A stretch of 63,631 nt of DNA, counting the filler, from Octopus bimaculoides (Eukaryota), in NCBI RefSeq assembly GCF_001194135.2. It is 6 parts of 6 records of this genome, joined end to end, with 100 filler letters (N's around TTAATTAATTAA, not from the genome) between each part and the next. Parts side by side here need not be neighbours in the genome. Positions count along the whole stretch, not along the records: positions 58,599 to 63,631 come from NC_069005.1; 5 more parts are not named here. The stretch is one strand, 5' to 3'. Shown here in pieces: positions 62,035 through 63,631 of the stretch. The first letter of the stretch is position 1. Each line of letters begins with the position of its first letter. The translations under genes and the position numbers were made by a program. A model generated the notes under the pieces. That model did not search any database. It was not told the DNA's origin and saw nothing but the letters and a program-made list of their open reading frames with translations.

Positions 62035-62640
62035 TTAAGGTGGTGAGCTGGCAGAATCGTTAGCGCGCCGGGCGGAATTCTTTGCGGTATTTCGTTCGTG
62101 TTTACGTTCTGAGTTCAAATTCCGCCGAGGTCGACTTTGCCTTTCATCCTTTCGGGGTCGATAAATTAAGTACCACTTACGCACTAGTGTCGATGTAATC
62201 GACTTAATCCCTTTGTCTGTCCTTGTTTGTCCTCTCTATGTTTAGCCCCTTGTGGGCAATAAAGAAATAAGAAACGTTAGTACGCCAGGCGAAATGCTTA
62301 GCGNNNNNNNNNNNNNNNNNNNNNNNNNNNNNNNNNNNNNNNNNNNNNNNNNNNNNNNNNNNNNNNNNNNNNNNNNNNNNNNNNNNNNNNNNNNNNNNNN
62401 NNNNNNNNNNNNNNNNNNNNNNNNNNNNNNNNNNNNNNNNNNNNNNNNNNNNNNNNNNNNNNNNNNNNNNNNNNNNNNNNNNNNNNNNNNNNNNNNNNNN
62501 NNNNNNNNNNNNNNNNNNNNNNNNNNNNNNNNNNNNNNNNNNNNNNNNGCAATAAAGAAATAAGAAATAAGTTAGCACGCCGGGCGAAATGCTTAGCGGT
62601 ATTTCGTTCGTCTTTACGTTCTGAGTTCAAATTCTGCCGA
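62035..62640 (+). mobile_element. Family B SINE concatemer, at least three units, with a gap inside
   Basis: Junctions at 62256 and 62549. Confidence 0.85.
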
Positions 62641-62970
62641 AGTACCCTGCTTAGTCCACTAGAACGTTTACTTTTCCGCTTCCTGTGGAAAAGACTCGTT
62701 TCACTGCTCAAGCGGTCCATCTGCTGCCAGCGCCCTCTGGATAGTGAGCATGCCATAATTGCTAACGCGGAGACACGCACTACGGCTGCACCACTAACGG
62801 ATTTCCCTAAACGGTGAGTCGGTGTGGTGTCCGTTTGTAAGACATGCTTTTATGCAGCTCATCTCCTTGATGGGGCTGCAATCTTGGGTTGTTGCCGAAC
62901 AATTTTCACAATAGAATACCTTGATTGAATTTTGGAATTAACCTCTACCCTGCATCAAACCTGTCCGTGT
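62641..62970 (+). mobile_element. Decayed L1/Tx1-clade LINE ORF2 fragment (after the RT domain)
   Basis: LERLLFRFLWKRLVSLLKRSICCQRP, frameshift, MP*LLTRRHALRL...NGESVWCPFVRHAF resembles the L1/Tx1 pattern ..FLW.G.....CC.P..GGLG.P. Confidence 0.6.
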
Positions 62971-63253
62971 GTGCGCGCGAGGTGTGCCTGCATGAAAAAA
63001 ACCATTAACTAACAGAAATGTATGTTATTAAAATAATTATCTGTTACATACGTTTTTAAATCACACTGTCGCTCTCATGAAATTCTTTACGCACATGCAT
63101 ACACACACACTGACAAACATACACACACACATACACATATACACTCTTAGCACGAGCAATGTACTATCATAGAGAGGGAGAAAGAGTGTGGTAAATATAA
63201 AGAGGGGGAAGTATACCTAGAGAAAATCGAAAAATGAAACAGAGAGAAAGAAG

Positions 63254-63284
<31 letters not shown>

Positions 63285-63631
63285 GGAGAGGGAGAGAGAG
63301 AAAGGGAGAGGGAGAGAGGGAGAGAGGGAGAGAGAGAGAGAGAGAGGGAGAGAAAGTTCCTGTTGATGTCATAGATTTTGAAATTCTCAAATTTGGTATA
63401 TTGATGTACTTTTTCACGCTGAATTTGAGTTTGTGATTCATTTATTCCAGAAAAAGTTTAGAAATGTGTTATAGATGTTTATATGTTGATCGTTTTTACC
63501 CAATCAGAAAATAGGATCTGTTCGTGATAGCTATGTATCAGAAAATGAAAGTAAACACTGGAAGACGAAGATTTAAACAAAATGAAAACAATGCATGAGA
63601 GACAATACATATACAGAGAGAGAGAGAGCGA

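Overview
Repeat-rich, gappy eukaryotic genomic window. It looks like an octopus/cephalopod draft assembly; this is inferred from the dense dinucleotide, trinucleotide and tetranucleotide microsatellites and the tRNA-derived SINE families, not from a database search. The only securely identifiable gene is the 3' end of CENPJ (CPAP/SAS-4) on the + strand: four GT-AG exons (419-559, 1075-1148, 2405-2600, 4355-4483) splice in frame to 179 aa of the TCP/G-box domain plus a stop. The remaining ~59 kb is mostly transposon debris: at least four tRNA-SINE families (labelled A, B, C, E here), RTE LINE 3' ends, R4/Dong-type and L1/Tx1-type LINE fragments, a Penelope RT fragment, two mariner deletion derivatives, Helentron/HINE-like elements, and an LTR with a tRNA-Trp primer-binding site. 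The most unusual items are a minimal hammerhead-ribozyme fold with an altered core (21957-21993), a foldback element holding a LINE-ORF1-like fragment between 41-bp duplications (8719-9180), inverted RTE tails flanking a CENPJ exon, a head-to-head tRNA-SINE palindrome, recurrent SINE concatemer junctions, E2F/E-box-rich promoter-like islands with no assigned gene, and several low-confidence orphan exons. Five 100-bp gaps contain an artificial TTAATTAATTAA linker, so adjacency across them is not guaranteed. Most long ORFs in the supplied track are artefacts of N runs and microsatellites.
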